From assembly GCA_041690105.1 (NCBI GenBank), contig JAWLHX010000001.1:14939-78938 (forward strand): a stretch of 64,000 nucleotides of DNA, read 5' to 3'. Position numbers and translations under genes: made by a program. The notes beneath the pieces were generated by a model that made no database searches, was not told where the DNA came from, and worked only from the letters and a program-made list of their open reading frames with translations. Below are positions 28,768 to 38,184 of the stretch, piece after piece (position 1 is the stretch's first letter; each line of letters begins with the position of its first letter). The stretch comes from Phycisphaerae bacterium (lineage in GTDB: Bacteria > Planctomycetota > Phycisphaerae > FEN-1346 > JAACEH01).

Positions 28768-30227
28768 TCAGGCCCAGAACGGCACGTACTTGGCATCCTT
28801 CTTCGACTCACTAGCCTGGCCATGAGGCTTAATGAGGCCAGCTTCGATGGTGTCCCTGATGATCCGAGAGGCGATGGGGTAGTTCTTGTCGCTGATGCCA
28901 AGCCGTTTGCGCAGCGTGGCGTTAGTCATCTGCTTGCCGGATACGACCAAGAGACCGGCATGTTGATAGCAGGCGCGGATGCGATCTGCCTTGTCCATGT
29001 CGGCGAACTTACGTGGACCAAAAAGAACGGCAATCGTATGACCGGGCGAAACCCTGAAGTCCGGCGCCGGCAACTGAAACATTTCGACGCTGAACACAAC
29101 CTTGTCAATGCCACTGCCGCGCTCTTCACAAATCTGCATCCGCCGCATAACAGCAGCCAAGTCCTCGTTCCGGGATCGCGGGGGTTCATCGATGAAGCGA
29201 AGCGTGTCGATCAAGGGGACACCCGGGTTGGAGATCTCTATCCGGTCGCTGAATAACTCCACCATCGGTCCGGTGCCCGTTATATGGAATTCCTGGTGAA
29301 TGAGGGCATTCGCCACCAGTTCCCGGACGGCGACCTCCGGGAACATACGCACTTCCTTGCGCAGTGCCTGTCCCACGGCTTCGTTCTGAGGCAATTGACT
29401 GTTGATGAATTCAATGGCGGCCTCGAAGCCGGAGGCATAGCCCTTGGTGACGACCTGTTCGCGTAGCGTCTCAATCCGATTGACACCCTTGTAGACGACG
29501 ATTCGCAGGGCCTTGCGGGCCAGGTGCTCAAACGCATCAAGGCTTTTCGCAAAAAGGATCGCCCCCAAGTTCGTAATGTCGTAGCGATCAGTCGTTCGAG
29601 CGACGATAAAACGTTCAGAGACCAATCGCTTCAAAATGGCCGAACGGTTCTCCGGCAGGTTCTGCCGCGACATCTCGAGGTAGGCTGGGTAGTCGAGCAT
29701 CGCCAGTACGTCATCTGCCCCGGCTCCCTCAAAGGCCAAGCCCTTTTCAAATGGCTGCTTGGCAAACAAAGCCCAGAGGGATCGCTCCTTCTCCGGGAAT
29801 TCCTTGAGCTTCTTCTTGTAGCTGCCCGAACGGATGAACTCGGTGCCCTTGAACTGCACTGGCGTATGGGTGGCCCGAGGGACGCTGAAGATAACGAACT
29901 CTTTGCCGGCTGCTTGGAACTCATGAATGCGAAAGTCAATTCGCGGAGCCAGCTGTATGGCCAGCCAGTTCTCCAGTTCCTCGTTGCCGACCTTCTCGCA
30001 CCGCGGTTTGAATGTTGTGCCGACGAGAGCGTGGGTTTTGTCAGCGACGCCCCAGACAATGTAGCCTTTGTTCTTGCCATGCAGAGCGGCGGAGTTAGCA
30101 ATCGCCGAGAGGTACTCGCCAATATCTTCCGGCGCCCAGTTATTGACCTTAAACTCGACCCATTCTGTTTCACCGGGCATAGAGGCCAACTCGTGCAAGA
30201 GCGCCGCCAGTTGATCGTGCCTCATCC
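28768..30227 (-). CDS. AlbA_2 (Schlafen-like divergent AAA) plus HATPase_c_4 plus C-terminal wHTH regulator-like protein
   Basis: Start MRHDQLAALLHELASMPGETEWVEFKVNNWAPEDIGEYLSAIANSAALHGKNKGYIVWGV... with a GGAAATGAGGTAAGG ribosome-binding site. Central HATPase-like region. C-terminal HTH LRKRLGISDKNYPIASRIIRDTIEAGLIKP. The longer ORF up to 30489 is probably not translated. Confidence 0.7.
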
Positions 30228-30577
30228 TTACCTCATTTCCTCTGCTGGCAACTCCCTGCGCAAGGACTCGCAAGGTCGGACAACCCTCACAGCCCGGAGG
30301 CCGCAGACAACCGGCGGTCTCCGCCCCGTCTGTTGCGAGCACAATTGTCGTGACAGCGTCACGACAGTCCCCTTCAACCACACCTAATTCCGAATACTGG
30401 CCAGAACAGCCAGCCCCCGGACTGTTCGGCGCGTCTTGGCATGATGATCGGGTGGAATTATAGAGTCTGCAAGCATCTTTCACAAGCATTCCCCTTCACC
30501 CGACTTCGCCAGCATCCTACAGGTAGCGATCTGGAGATTCGCTTGGCAACCATGTCGCCTTCTGGCATAATCCCGGC

Positions 30578-33500
30578 ATGGCCACCTTAGATCGCCCAGC
30601 AACTATCGGTCCCGCCCAGTTTATCTCCAAGTGGCAGCGCGTCGCCCTTCCGGAGCGGGCCGCAAGCCAGGAGCATTTTCTGGACCTCTGCCGGCTGCTG
30701 GGCCAGCCCACGCCGGCGGAGCACGATGCCACGGGAGCGGAATACACTTTCGAGAAGGGCGTCAGCGTTACGGCCGGGGCCTCAAAAGGGGCCAAGGGCG
30801 ATGGCGGCTTCGCCGACGTCTGGTGGCGCGGCAAATTCGGCTGGGAGTACAAGCGCAAGGGCAAATACAAGGACCTTGCCGATGCCTACCGCCAGCTCTG
30901 CCAGTACCGCGAGGCCTTGGAGAATCCGCCGCTGCTGGTCGTCTGCGACATCTCGCGCACCGAGATTCACACCAACTTCACCGGCACCGCCAAGCAGGTC
31001 CACACCGTACTGTTGGAGCAGATGGATCAACCGGAGAGCCTCTCGCTGCTGCGCCGCGTCTTCACCGCGCCCGACAGTTTCCGCCCGACGATCACCGTGC
31101 AGAAGGTCACCGAGCAGGTGGCCCGTGATATCGCCCACCTGGCCCAGTGCCTGCGCGAGCGCGGCCACGAGCCCCACGCCGCCGCTCATTTCCTGATGAA
31201 GTGCATGTTCTGCCTGTTTGCTGAAGACGTGGGCCTCTTGCCGGGCAACCTGTTTTCGCGCATCCTCGACACTTGGCACAATCAGCCGCTTGATCTGCAG
31301 AAGCGCCTGGCGGAGCTTTTCACCGCCATGAGTCGTGGCGGAGCCTTCGGAGTCGAGGCCATCCCGTGGTTTAACGGCGGTCTGTTTGACGACACGCCGC
31401 CTATCGAATTGACGAGCATTGAGGCTGAGGCCCTTCGCGCTGCCGCCCGGCAGGACTGGTCGAGCGTCGAGCCGGCCATCTTCGGCACGCTCTTCGAGCG
31501 GTCGCTTGACCCGTCGAAGCGAGCCCAGATCGGCGCCCACTACACCAGCCGCGACGATATTCTGCTCATCGTCAACCCGGTGGTCATGGCCCCGCTGAGG
31601 CGTCAGTGGGCCGGGGTTCAGCAGGAGGTCGAGCGGCAACTTGCCCGCCGCAAGGCCCTCGACCCCCGAGACAGGAGCCGCAAGGCCGACGCCACGCGCC
31701 GCACCGTCAGCAAGGCCGTCAGTAAGGCCATTCAGGACATGCTGCACCAACTGGCCGCCGTCCGCATACTCGATCCGGCCTGCGGCTCGGGCAACTTTCT
31801 CTACGTGGCCATTCAGCAACTGCTGGAGCTGGAGAAAGAGGTTATCACCTTTGCCGCCAAGCCGGAAATCGGCATCGGATTCTTCCCTCACGTGCGGCCC
31901 ACTCAACTGAAGGGGCTGGAGCTTAACCCCTACGCCGCGGAACTGGCCCAGGTGGTCATCTGGATAGGCTACCTGCAGTGGATGCGCGACAACGGCTTCA
32001 ACATGCCGCGCGACCCGATTCTCGAACCGCTCCAGTCCATCGAGTGCCGCGATGCTATTCTTGACCTGCCGCCGATAACCGGCGGGCTGGCCGCGGCCGG
32101 GGGCACGCAGGCGGCCTCGCCCAACGTTCTGACAACGCCGGCCGAGTGGCCTGAAGCGGACTACATCATCGGCAATCCGCCGTTTCTGGGCTCCAAGGTC
32201 TTCCGCCAGAACGGCCTGACGGATGATTACATTGGGGCCATGTACGCTGCCTACGATCTGCCGAAGACAAGCGACCTGTGCTGCTACTGGTTCGAGCAGG
32301 CGCGACGGGTGATCGAGCGCCGTCCGCACGTGCGGGTGGGGCTGCTGGCGACGCAGGGCATTCGAGGCGGGGATAATCGGAAGGTTCTGGAGCGGATCAA
32401 GAAGACGGGCGACATCTTCATGGCCTGGAGCGACCGCGAGTGGGTGCTCGACGGCGCGGCGGTGCATGTTTCGATGGTCGGGTTTGATGCCGGCAATCAG
32501 ACGGAGCGGCGACTTGATGGCCACGACGTCCAGTCAATACACGCCGACCTGACATCCGCCACCGATACGACTATCGTTCGCCGACTGTCGGAGAATCGTG
32601 GGATTGCCTTCATGGGCGATACGAAAGGCGGGGCGTTCGACATTCCCCGCGCAGAGGCACGGTGGCTACTTGCGCAGCCGAATCCGACGGGCAAGCCAAA
32701 CAGTGACGTGGTTAGACTATGGGTCAACGGCAGCGATGTCACCAGACGGCCGAGAGCCATGTTCATCATCGATTTCGGCTGTGACATGCCAATGGGCGAG
32801 GCGGCGGGCTATGAAGGCCCGTTCAAGGCAGTCGATACATACGTCAAGCCTGAGCGCATCAAGAACCGTCGCCGCGCCTATGCCGAACGATGGTGGATTC
32901 ACGTGGAACCGCGACCGGCGATGAGGGCATCCCTGCCTTGCCAACGATACCTTTGCACACCGAACGTAACCAAGCACCGTCTATTCGCATGGCTTTCCGC
33001 AGAAGTCTTGCCCGACCATCAGCTGATTGCTTTCGCCCGCAGCGACGACTATTTCTTCGGTGTCCTGCACTGCAGCATTCATGAATTATGGGCACGGCGG
33101 ATGGGTACGCAGCTTCGCGAGGTGGAATCAGGATTCCGTTACACGCCAACGACCTGTTTCGAGACCTTTCCGCTGCCCTGGACGCCGGGCAAGGAGCCAA
33201 CCGACAGCCCGCTTCATGCCCGCATCGCCGAGGCCGCCCGAATTCTGAACGAACAGCGCGAGCGCTGGCTCAATCCGCCAGAATGGCTGGACGAAGTAGC
33301 GGCAGCCGTCGACCGCGAGGATGACTTCCACGACGTGCCGGTAAATGTCCGCCCACTTATCCGGCAGTCGGCGATCATGGCCCGGGCCGCAAATCACCGG
33401 GAACTGAAGCGCCGCACACTCACCAATCTCTACAACGAGCGACCCACCTGGCTGCGCCTCGCCCATCAGCAGTTGGACAGGGCTATGCTGGCCGCCTACG

Positions 33501-33673
33501 CCTCCACCGACCCGGCGGGCGAGTGGAACGAGACTTGGGCTGAAGCCTGGCTCGACACCGGCGCCGGCCAACCCCTGCCGTCAGATCATCCCTTAATGGC
33601 ACGCCGCAGCGAGATTGATGAACGCGTCCTAGAGAACCTGCTGCGGCTCAATCAGACGCGGTCAGCACGGTGA
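30578..33673 (+). CDS. MmeI-family Type IIL restriction-modification enzyme (single-polypeptide endonuclease plus gamma-class N6-adenine methyltransferase plus TRD)
   Basis: N-terminal nuclease region GFADVWWRGKFGWEYKRKG...YRQLCQYREALENPPLLVVCDISRTEIHTNF aligns with MmeI GFVDLFWPGILLIEMKSRG...VLVCDFQRFRLTD, with D-x(n)-ExK intact. Also GAHYTS, motif I LDPACGSGNFL and motif IV IIGNPPFLG. Confidence 0.85.
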   Translation: MATLDRPATIGPAQFISKWQRVALPERAASQEHFLDLCRLLGQPTPAEHDATGAEYTFEKGVSVTAGASKGAKGDGGFADVWWRGKFGWEYKRKGKYKDLADAYRQLCQYREALENPPLLVVCDISRTEIHTNFTGTAKQVHTVLLEQMDQPESLSLLRRVFTAPDSFRPTITVQKVTEQVARDIAHLAQCLRERGHEPHAAAHFLMKCMFCLFAEDVGLLPGNLFSRILDTWHNQPLDLQKRLAELFTAMSRGGAFGVEAIPWFNGGLFDDTPPIELTSIEAEALRAAARQDWSSVEPAIFGTLFERSLDPSKRAQIGAHYTSRDDILLIVNPVVMAPLRRQWAGVQQEVERQLARRKALDPRDRSRKADATRRTVSKAVSKAIQDMLHQLAAVRILDPACGSGNFLYVAIQQLLELEKEVITFAAKPEIGIGFFPHVRPTQLKGLELNPYAAELAQVVIWIGYLQWMRDNGFNMPRDPILEPLQSIECRDAILDLPPITGGLAAAGGTQAASPNVLTTPAEWPEADYIIGNPPFLGSKVFRQNGLTDDYIGAMYAAYDLPKTSDLCCYWFEQARRVIERRPHVRVGLLATQGIRGGDNRKVLERIKKTGDIFMAWSDREWVLDGAAVHVSMVGFDAGNQTERRLDGHDVQSIHADLTSATDTTIVRRLSENRGIAFMGDTKGGAFDIPRAEARWLLAQPNPTGKPNSDVVRLWVNGSDVTRRPRAMFIIDFGCDMPMGEAAGYEGPFKAVDTYVKPERIKNRRRAYAERWWIHVEPRPAMRASLPCQRYLCTPNVTKHRLFAWLSAEVLPDHQLIAFARSDDYFFGVLHCSIHELWARRMGTQLREVESGFRYTPTTCFETFPLPWTPGKEPTDSPLHARIAEAARILNEQRERWLNPPEWLDEVAAAVDREDDFHDVPVNVRPLIRQSAIMARAANHRELKRRTLTNLYNERPTWLRLAHQQLDRAMLAAYASTDPAGEWNETWAEAWLDTGAGQPLPSDHPLMARRSEIDERVLENLLRLNQTRSAR

Positions 33674-33694
33674 CCTGTTGGGCAACGCGTCTTA

Positions 33695-34369
33695 TCAGTT
33701 TGAACCGCAAAACATGAGAAGGATGTGGTAGAGAGTTACAGGCTGGCCCACTGAAGGCCGCTTGTGAACAGTGCGATAACAATGCTTCAACTCCGGTATC
33801 ACCTGCTCAGCCGACCACTGTTCAGACAAGTTCAAAGAAGAGGCGTCACCGTTGACCTTGTCACAGAGCTTTGCGGCCCACTGGTCCGAGTCATCCGACT
33901 GAACATATCCTAACATTCCTGCTTCAGCCTCGCCCGTGGAGTAGCTGCCGTCAAGGAAAGCCCCAAGTCCCTCAGCACCAAGGTAGCCGCTGACCCCATG
34001 CGAACCAGTACACAGTCTCTTGGCTTCAAACGCATAACGGGCATGGGGTCCAACTTGGGTTCTTTCGAATCTAATATCCAGGCGTGGCCGGCGCTTTCCA
34101 CGGCGACCTCCAACATTCTCCGGCGGATCGTCATGTACCGCGTATCGCGACGCCCACCCCGGCGCGCTGCGATCATCGATTACTTCTCTAATCACCCGTA
34201 CGAGTTCACCGGTGATGTTCTGTTCCTCGGCCTTCTCACAATTGGTGGCCTTAATGCGGTCATACCCCATCTTCAGCAGCCCGAGCACCTGCTTACGAAA
34301 GACGCGGCGATAGACTTCTTCGTCTCCCGCGTCTGTCCTAGGAACTTGTGGGCCCGCTGTAATCGGCAC
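33695..34369 (-). CDS. Hypothetical protein translationally coupled downstream of the second MTase; possible PD-(D/E)xK nuclease-like motif
   Basis: ATG 34369 lies 6 nt after the upstream stop. The segment GKRRPRLDIRFERTQVGPHARYAFEAKRL carries a D...E-x-K-like motif. Confidence 0.5.
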   Translation of the reverse strand: MPITAGPQVPRTDAGDEEVYRRVFRKQVLGLLKMGYDRIKATNCEKAEEQNITGELVRVIREVIDDRSAPGWASRYAVHDDPPENVGGRRGKRRPRLDIRFERTQVGPHARYAFEAKRLCTGSHGVSGYLGAEGLGAFLDGSYSTGEAEAGMLGYVQSDDSDQWAAKLCDKVNGDASSLNLSEQWSAEQVIPELKHCYRTVHKRPSVGQPVTLYHILLMFCGSN

Positions 34370-34374
34370 GTCGC

Positions 34375-37300
34375 TCAGCCCTTTGCTGTGACAAGTTTGT
34401 CAGCAATGAATTCGTCCGCATCAACATAAGCCTGACTCTTGAGCCAGTGCAGGCGTTCACGCGGCTTGAACAAATACGTGGCCTTTCCATCATAGACCCT
34501 CAAGCCACGTTCAAAGTAAAGCCACTGCCGGTGCTGTTGCAGCAGACTCCTGTAAACGTTGCTTAGCCCCTTGTCAACGCCGCTTTGTACGTCAATCTCG
34601 GAGGCCAGGGCCGCCGCTCGCCCTTCAAGATATTCAACTCTCACAACACCCAACCGCTCCGCGTACCCAACCGTGACCCGATGCTGTTGTTGAGAGGTTG
34701 CTCCGACAAAAACATCTAACTCTTTCTTCAATGTCTTGGCATACGCCCTGATCTCCGCCTCGCTTGCCGGTTGGGTGGCAGCCTCTGCAACCTTGCCTTG
34801 ATTCAAGTCCATCCGCACATTCAGCAGATCGTGAACCAGCACTTGCTCGGCTTTGCTGAGGCCAAGCAGAGAGAACACCATGACATTCACTTCATGCTCA
34901 AGCTCTCTCATGCGATCAGGGCGTTGATTCTGGGCGAGAAGTGGTTGCCCGGAGCACTGAGAACGTCGAAACTGTTCTTCTGCTACGAGCGCCCTCTGGA
35001 GCTTGGCCAGTTCTGAGACCTCCTTCTCGCTCTGGCCATCGAATGGCACAGGAAGTGTAAGCAGGGTATCCAAGGTAGTGGTGGATTTCTGCACGCCCCA
35101 CTGCGCCGACATAAAGAACTGATGGTACTGAGCAAAGTCTGAGCACAAGAAAAGCGATAAGGCCCGAAGCATCACCTCGTTCTCTTGGGTGGATGATATC
35201 CCCAATTGACCATGTGGCACCACGACAAAAGAATTTGAAAAAACGGCGAATCGCCTCGCGCAATCAACCACTACATGCGGTGGGCGGCAGATCCTCAGAG
35301 GGGCAGCACCGCCGCGAGTTCTGATATAAGCCCAGTCGCTTGGAACAGTGTCCAATGCTTCCTTGGGAAAGGCGTAGATTCTTCCGCACTCTTTCAGGGC
35401 CTGCATGAGGATTCTGTTTTGGCCGATGACTTCGGGAGCGGGTTTAACGGCCTCCTCTCCGTCCCGCGTGCGCAATTGCGGTCCTTCGTGAACGAGAATG
35501 TTTTTCGCTGCGGCAAAGTCGGCGAAGGTTGGGAATTGCGAGGCAAGCGAATCCAGAACATGCTTGTCCCTCGCCGTTCCCCACATGGCCAGTTTCCACG
35601 GTAATCCGTCGCCGGTTGCCGCATCTGCGACGGGTACCTCCCGCACTTCGGCCCGGTTGACGGCGATGCTCCAAGTGTCTTGTCGGCTGTGGGCCTCTGG
35701 AGGGCAGTTGGCAATCTGATTAACCACCATCGGCGAGTAGGTCAAAACAGTTTCCTGTCCGTCTCGCTCTTCGCCTTCGCCAAGACCTGTGTAAAAGAGA
35801 GCCGCTGCGGGCAGCCGCGATCTACCGGCAAACAGAACCTCAGCTAGATTGGCGAAGTTCGCGATACACCAAACGCGGTTGCGTTTGAAAAACTGCTGCC
35901 GCATTAACTTCGCGGTCTTGGAGGACTTGAAAAGAAGCATCGCAGGTAACAGTAATCCCACCACCCCATTCCCCGTGGTAAAGTCAGCAGCTTTCCACGC
36001 AAACGCCTCTGCCAGTTGCTTGTCGCCGGTCGGGCAGCGTGAAGCGTTCTTGCCCATCCAGGTGAGTGCGTGCTTGTCGCTGGGGGTCAGGTTTTTGTGA
36101 AGTCTCTTCCATGGAGGATTGCCCACCACCCAATCGAACCGGGCCAGTGGTTCGGTCGGCGGCGTGCCAAGCTCCGGATCGAAAAGACCACCAGGAAGAT
36201 GCACTATGTTCCGGTCCCGCAAAGTAGGGAGCTTGAAGTTTGGCGAACCCATCAGGTCGGGCGGACGCACATAGTCCAGCAGCGTCATGACGAGGCTGAG
36301 TTCCGTAACGCTGCACGCATCAGCATCTACGTCAAGACCAAAGATGCTGCTGGTGAGCAGCTCTCGCAGGTCAGAAGGCCGGAGGCGCCGGCTCGGGCTG
36401 GCCGCAACCTTTCGCTCTATCAGCCTGCGATAGCACTGGACAAGAAACGCGCCAGACCCGCACGCCGGATCGAACACCTTCATTCCAGTCTTCAGCGGAT
36501 GCTTGGCGTCGAGTTCATCCAAAATGAAGTTGACAAGATGAATCGGTGTGTAGTAGGCCCCCAGGCCCTTTCCTTGGCCCTCGGAGTGCAAGAACTGCTC
36601 GTACACCACCGAAAGAGTTTCAATCGGGATATGCTGAAAATCGTAGGCCTGAAAATCAAGATGCATCTGGCCAGTGAGCGGCTCGTCTCCGCTGAATGTG
36701 CCGGCCACTTTGCGCACATGCTCTTGGTCAGGAGATGCCTTGCCCGACTTTGGAATCGGGAAGATGCTACCATTGAGCCAGTCCGCCAGCCTGTCAACGA
36801 CAGAGAAAAGCCCATGGCGTGAAGCGTTTGGTCCGAATACAGACTCTTGTTTGATACCCCAGTCGTCAAGTCGCCGCGGCGAAAGTATGCCGCGATCCCG
36901 CAAGTAGCTCAGGTACACATACTGTCCAATGATCGCGTGTGCCGTTTCTTTGGGCAGATCGTGGTTTCGCAGCCATTGCCCCAACAGTTTCAGGTTCTCC
37001 AACAATTTCCAGTCAACCCTTGTCTCCGGGCTTACCGTTTGCGACCAACGCCGCCATAGCGTCCCCTGGTCAATCGCCTGGGCCTTGAAATCCGCGAACT
37101 TGTCCAAAACATCCGCGGCATCGCTGACTACGCTCACGAGAGACTGGTCTTGGGGGCCGGCCCCCGTAGCGTCCGGCGTGTCATACCTGAAACCGCGATA
37201 AAGGCGGAAATGAGTCGGGGTGCTCATCAGCAGGAAAGGGGCAACGTTCTGGTTCCAGACAAATCTGTGTATCTCTGCTGCCTCAGCGTCCGAGGCGGCC

Positions 37301-37509
37301 TCACAGACATAGACGAGTGGCACAATTGAACCGCCTGTAGCCTGATGACCGGATGGCTCATTCAGGACATAGACGCCGCGCAGTTTGCAGGTTTCCGTTG
37401 CCCGGCGGAAGATATGGGAGTACCCGGGGTGTTTCTCCAGATGGTCTCCCCATAGGAATGCCGACGATTGATCGTACTCAAGGAGGCTCAGAAGATTAGT
37501 CAAATTCAT
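34375..37509 (-). CDS. MmeI/PglX-like gamma-class N6-adenine DNA methyltransferase with degenerate N-terminal nuclease motif
   Basis: Start MNLTNLLSLLEY. Motifs GAYYTPIHLV, FDPACGSGAFL and VVGNPPWKRL. The N-terminal region ...PLVYVCEAASDAE...FRLYRG aligns to the MmeI nuclease region but lacks the catalytic D and K. Confidence 0.7.
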   Translation of the reverse strand: MNLTNLLSLLEYDQSSAFLWGDHLEKHPGYSHIFRRATETCKLRGVYVLNEPSGHQATGGSIVPLVYVCEAASDAEAAEIHRFVWNQNVAPFLLMSTPTHFRLYRGFRYDTPDATGAGPQDQSLVSVVSDAADVLDKFADFKAQAIDQGTLWRRWSQTVSPETRVDWKLLENLKLLGQWLRNHDLPKETAHAIIGQYVYLSYLRDRGILSPRRLDDWGIKQESVFGPNASRHGLFSVVDRLADWLNGSIFPIPKSGKASPDQEHVRKVAGTFSGDEPLTGQMHLDFQAYDFQHIPIETLSVVYEQFLHSEGQGKGLGAYYTPIHLVNFILDELDAKHPLKTGMKVFDPACGSGAFLVQCYRRLIERKVAASPSRRLRPSDLRELLTSSIFGLDVDADACSVTELSLVMTLLDYVRPPDLMGSPNFKLPTLRDRNIVHLPGGLFDPELGTPPTEPLARFDWVVGNPPWKRLHKNLTPSDKHALTWMGKNASRCPTGDKQLAEAFAWKAADFTTGNGVVGLLLPAMLLFKSSKTAKLMRQQFFKRNRVWCIANFANLAEVLFAGRSRLPAAALFYTGLGEGEERDGQETVLTYSPMVVNQIANCPPEAHSRQDTWSIAVNRAEVREVPVADAATGDGLPWKLAMWGTARDKHVLDSLASQFPTFADFAAAKNILVHEGPQLRTRDGEEAVKPAPEVIGQNRILMQALKECGRIYAFPKEALDTVPSDWAYIRTRGGAAPLRICRPPHVVVDCARRFAVFSNSFVVVPHGQLGISSTQENEVMLRALSLFLCSDFAQYHQFFMSAQWGVQKSTTTLDTLLTLPVPFDGQSEKEVSELAKLQRALVAEEQFRRSQCSGQPLLAQNQRPDRMRELEHEVNVMVFSLLGLSKAEQVLVHDLLNVRMDLNQGKVAEAATQPASEAEIRAYAKTLKKELDVFVGATSQQQHRVTVGYAERLGVVRVEYLEGRAAALASEIDVQSGVDKGLSNVYRSLLQQHRQWLYFERGLRVYDGKATYLFKPRERLHWLKSQAYVDADEFIADKLVTAKG

Positions 37510-37865
37510 GAACTGTGTCCCCTGTACCGCGGACGCGCGGCACTCCCAAGTTATTCTAAGAAACCACACGGAGAATGCAATACTTAGAGCTACACCGTCT
37601 TGTTTTTGTGTGCTACCGCCACCTGCTGCTCCCGCATGTACGGCACCAGCTTGTTGAGCAGGTCGTGCCGCTTCTCGCAGTCGCAGGCCGAGGGGGACGC
37701 TGCGGCCGGATCGGCCCGCGTAGGAGTCCCCAGAATGCGGTTTTTCGCCTCAAGTCTCAAAGTCTCATGTTCTTTCGTCCTGCACCCCCTAGGGTCACGA
37801 GTATGAACGGTTCATCCGCAATTACCATAGCCAGTTCTGCGGACGCTGGGAGCGGTAGCCGGCCC

Positions 37866-38168
37866 TCACGTCGTGTCCGCAACGATCCCTGCAAACCGCT
37901 CAAAATCCGGCACCGTGCCTGTCTGCTGATACGCCTTCCGCGCCTCCCGGATCGCATCATGCAGTTCCGGCCAGGCCTGCGATTCTTCCTCGGCCTCGTG
38001 CAGGTGGCCGATGGCTAGGAGGCGGTGGGGGTAGCCGTTCTGGTGCTCGGTGATAAGCACCCAGGCGGCGCCCAAGTGCTTCTCGCAACACTCCATGCAC
38101 GACGGCCGCGTTACCTGCTTCCGCCGCGACAGCGGCCCCAGGCGGTGTTTTTCGAGATTATTGGCCAT
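37866..38168 (-). CDS. Small hypothetical protein near the left end of the prophage
   Basis: MANNLEKHRLGPLSRRKQVTRPSCMECCEKHLGAAW...; no recognisable domain. Confidence 0.35.
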   Translation of the reverse strand: MANNLEKHRLGPLSRRKQVTRPSCMECCEKHLGAAWVLITEHQNGYPHRLLAIGHLHEAEEESQAWPELHDAIREARKAYQQTGTVPDFERFAGIVADTT

Positions 38169-38184
38169 TTTACTGGATCCGCAA

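Noticed and set aside
28558-29256. 232-aa plus-strand ORF
   Set aside because: It is antisense to the AlbA_2/HATPase gene, which has clear domain signal.
30578-37509. BREX (PglX) interpretation of the two large N6A methyltransferases
   Set aside because: No brxA/B/C, pglZ or brxL are present. The first enzyme has the intact MmeI nuclease motif. A Type IIL/IIG assignment is therefore preferred, with a PglX-like role kept only as an alternative for the second gene.
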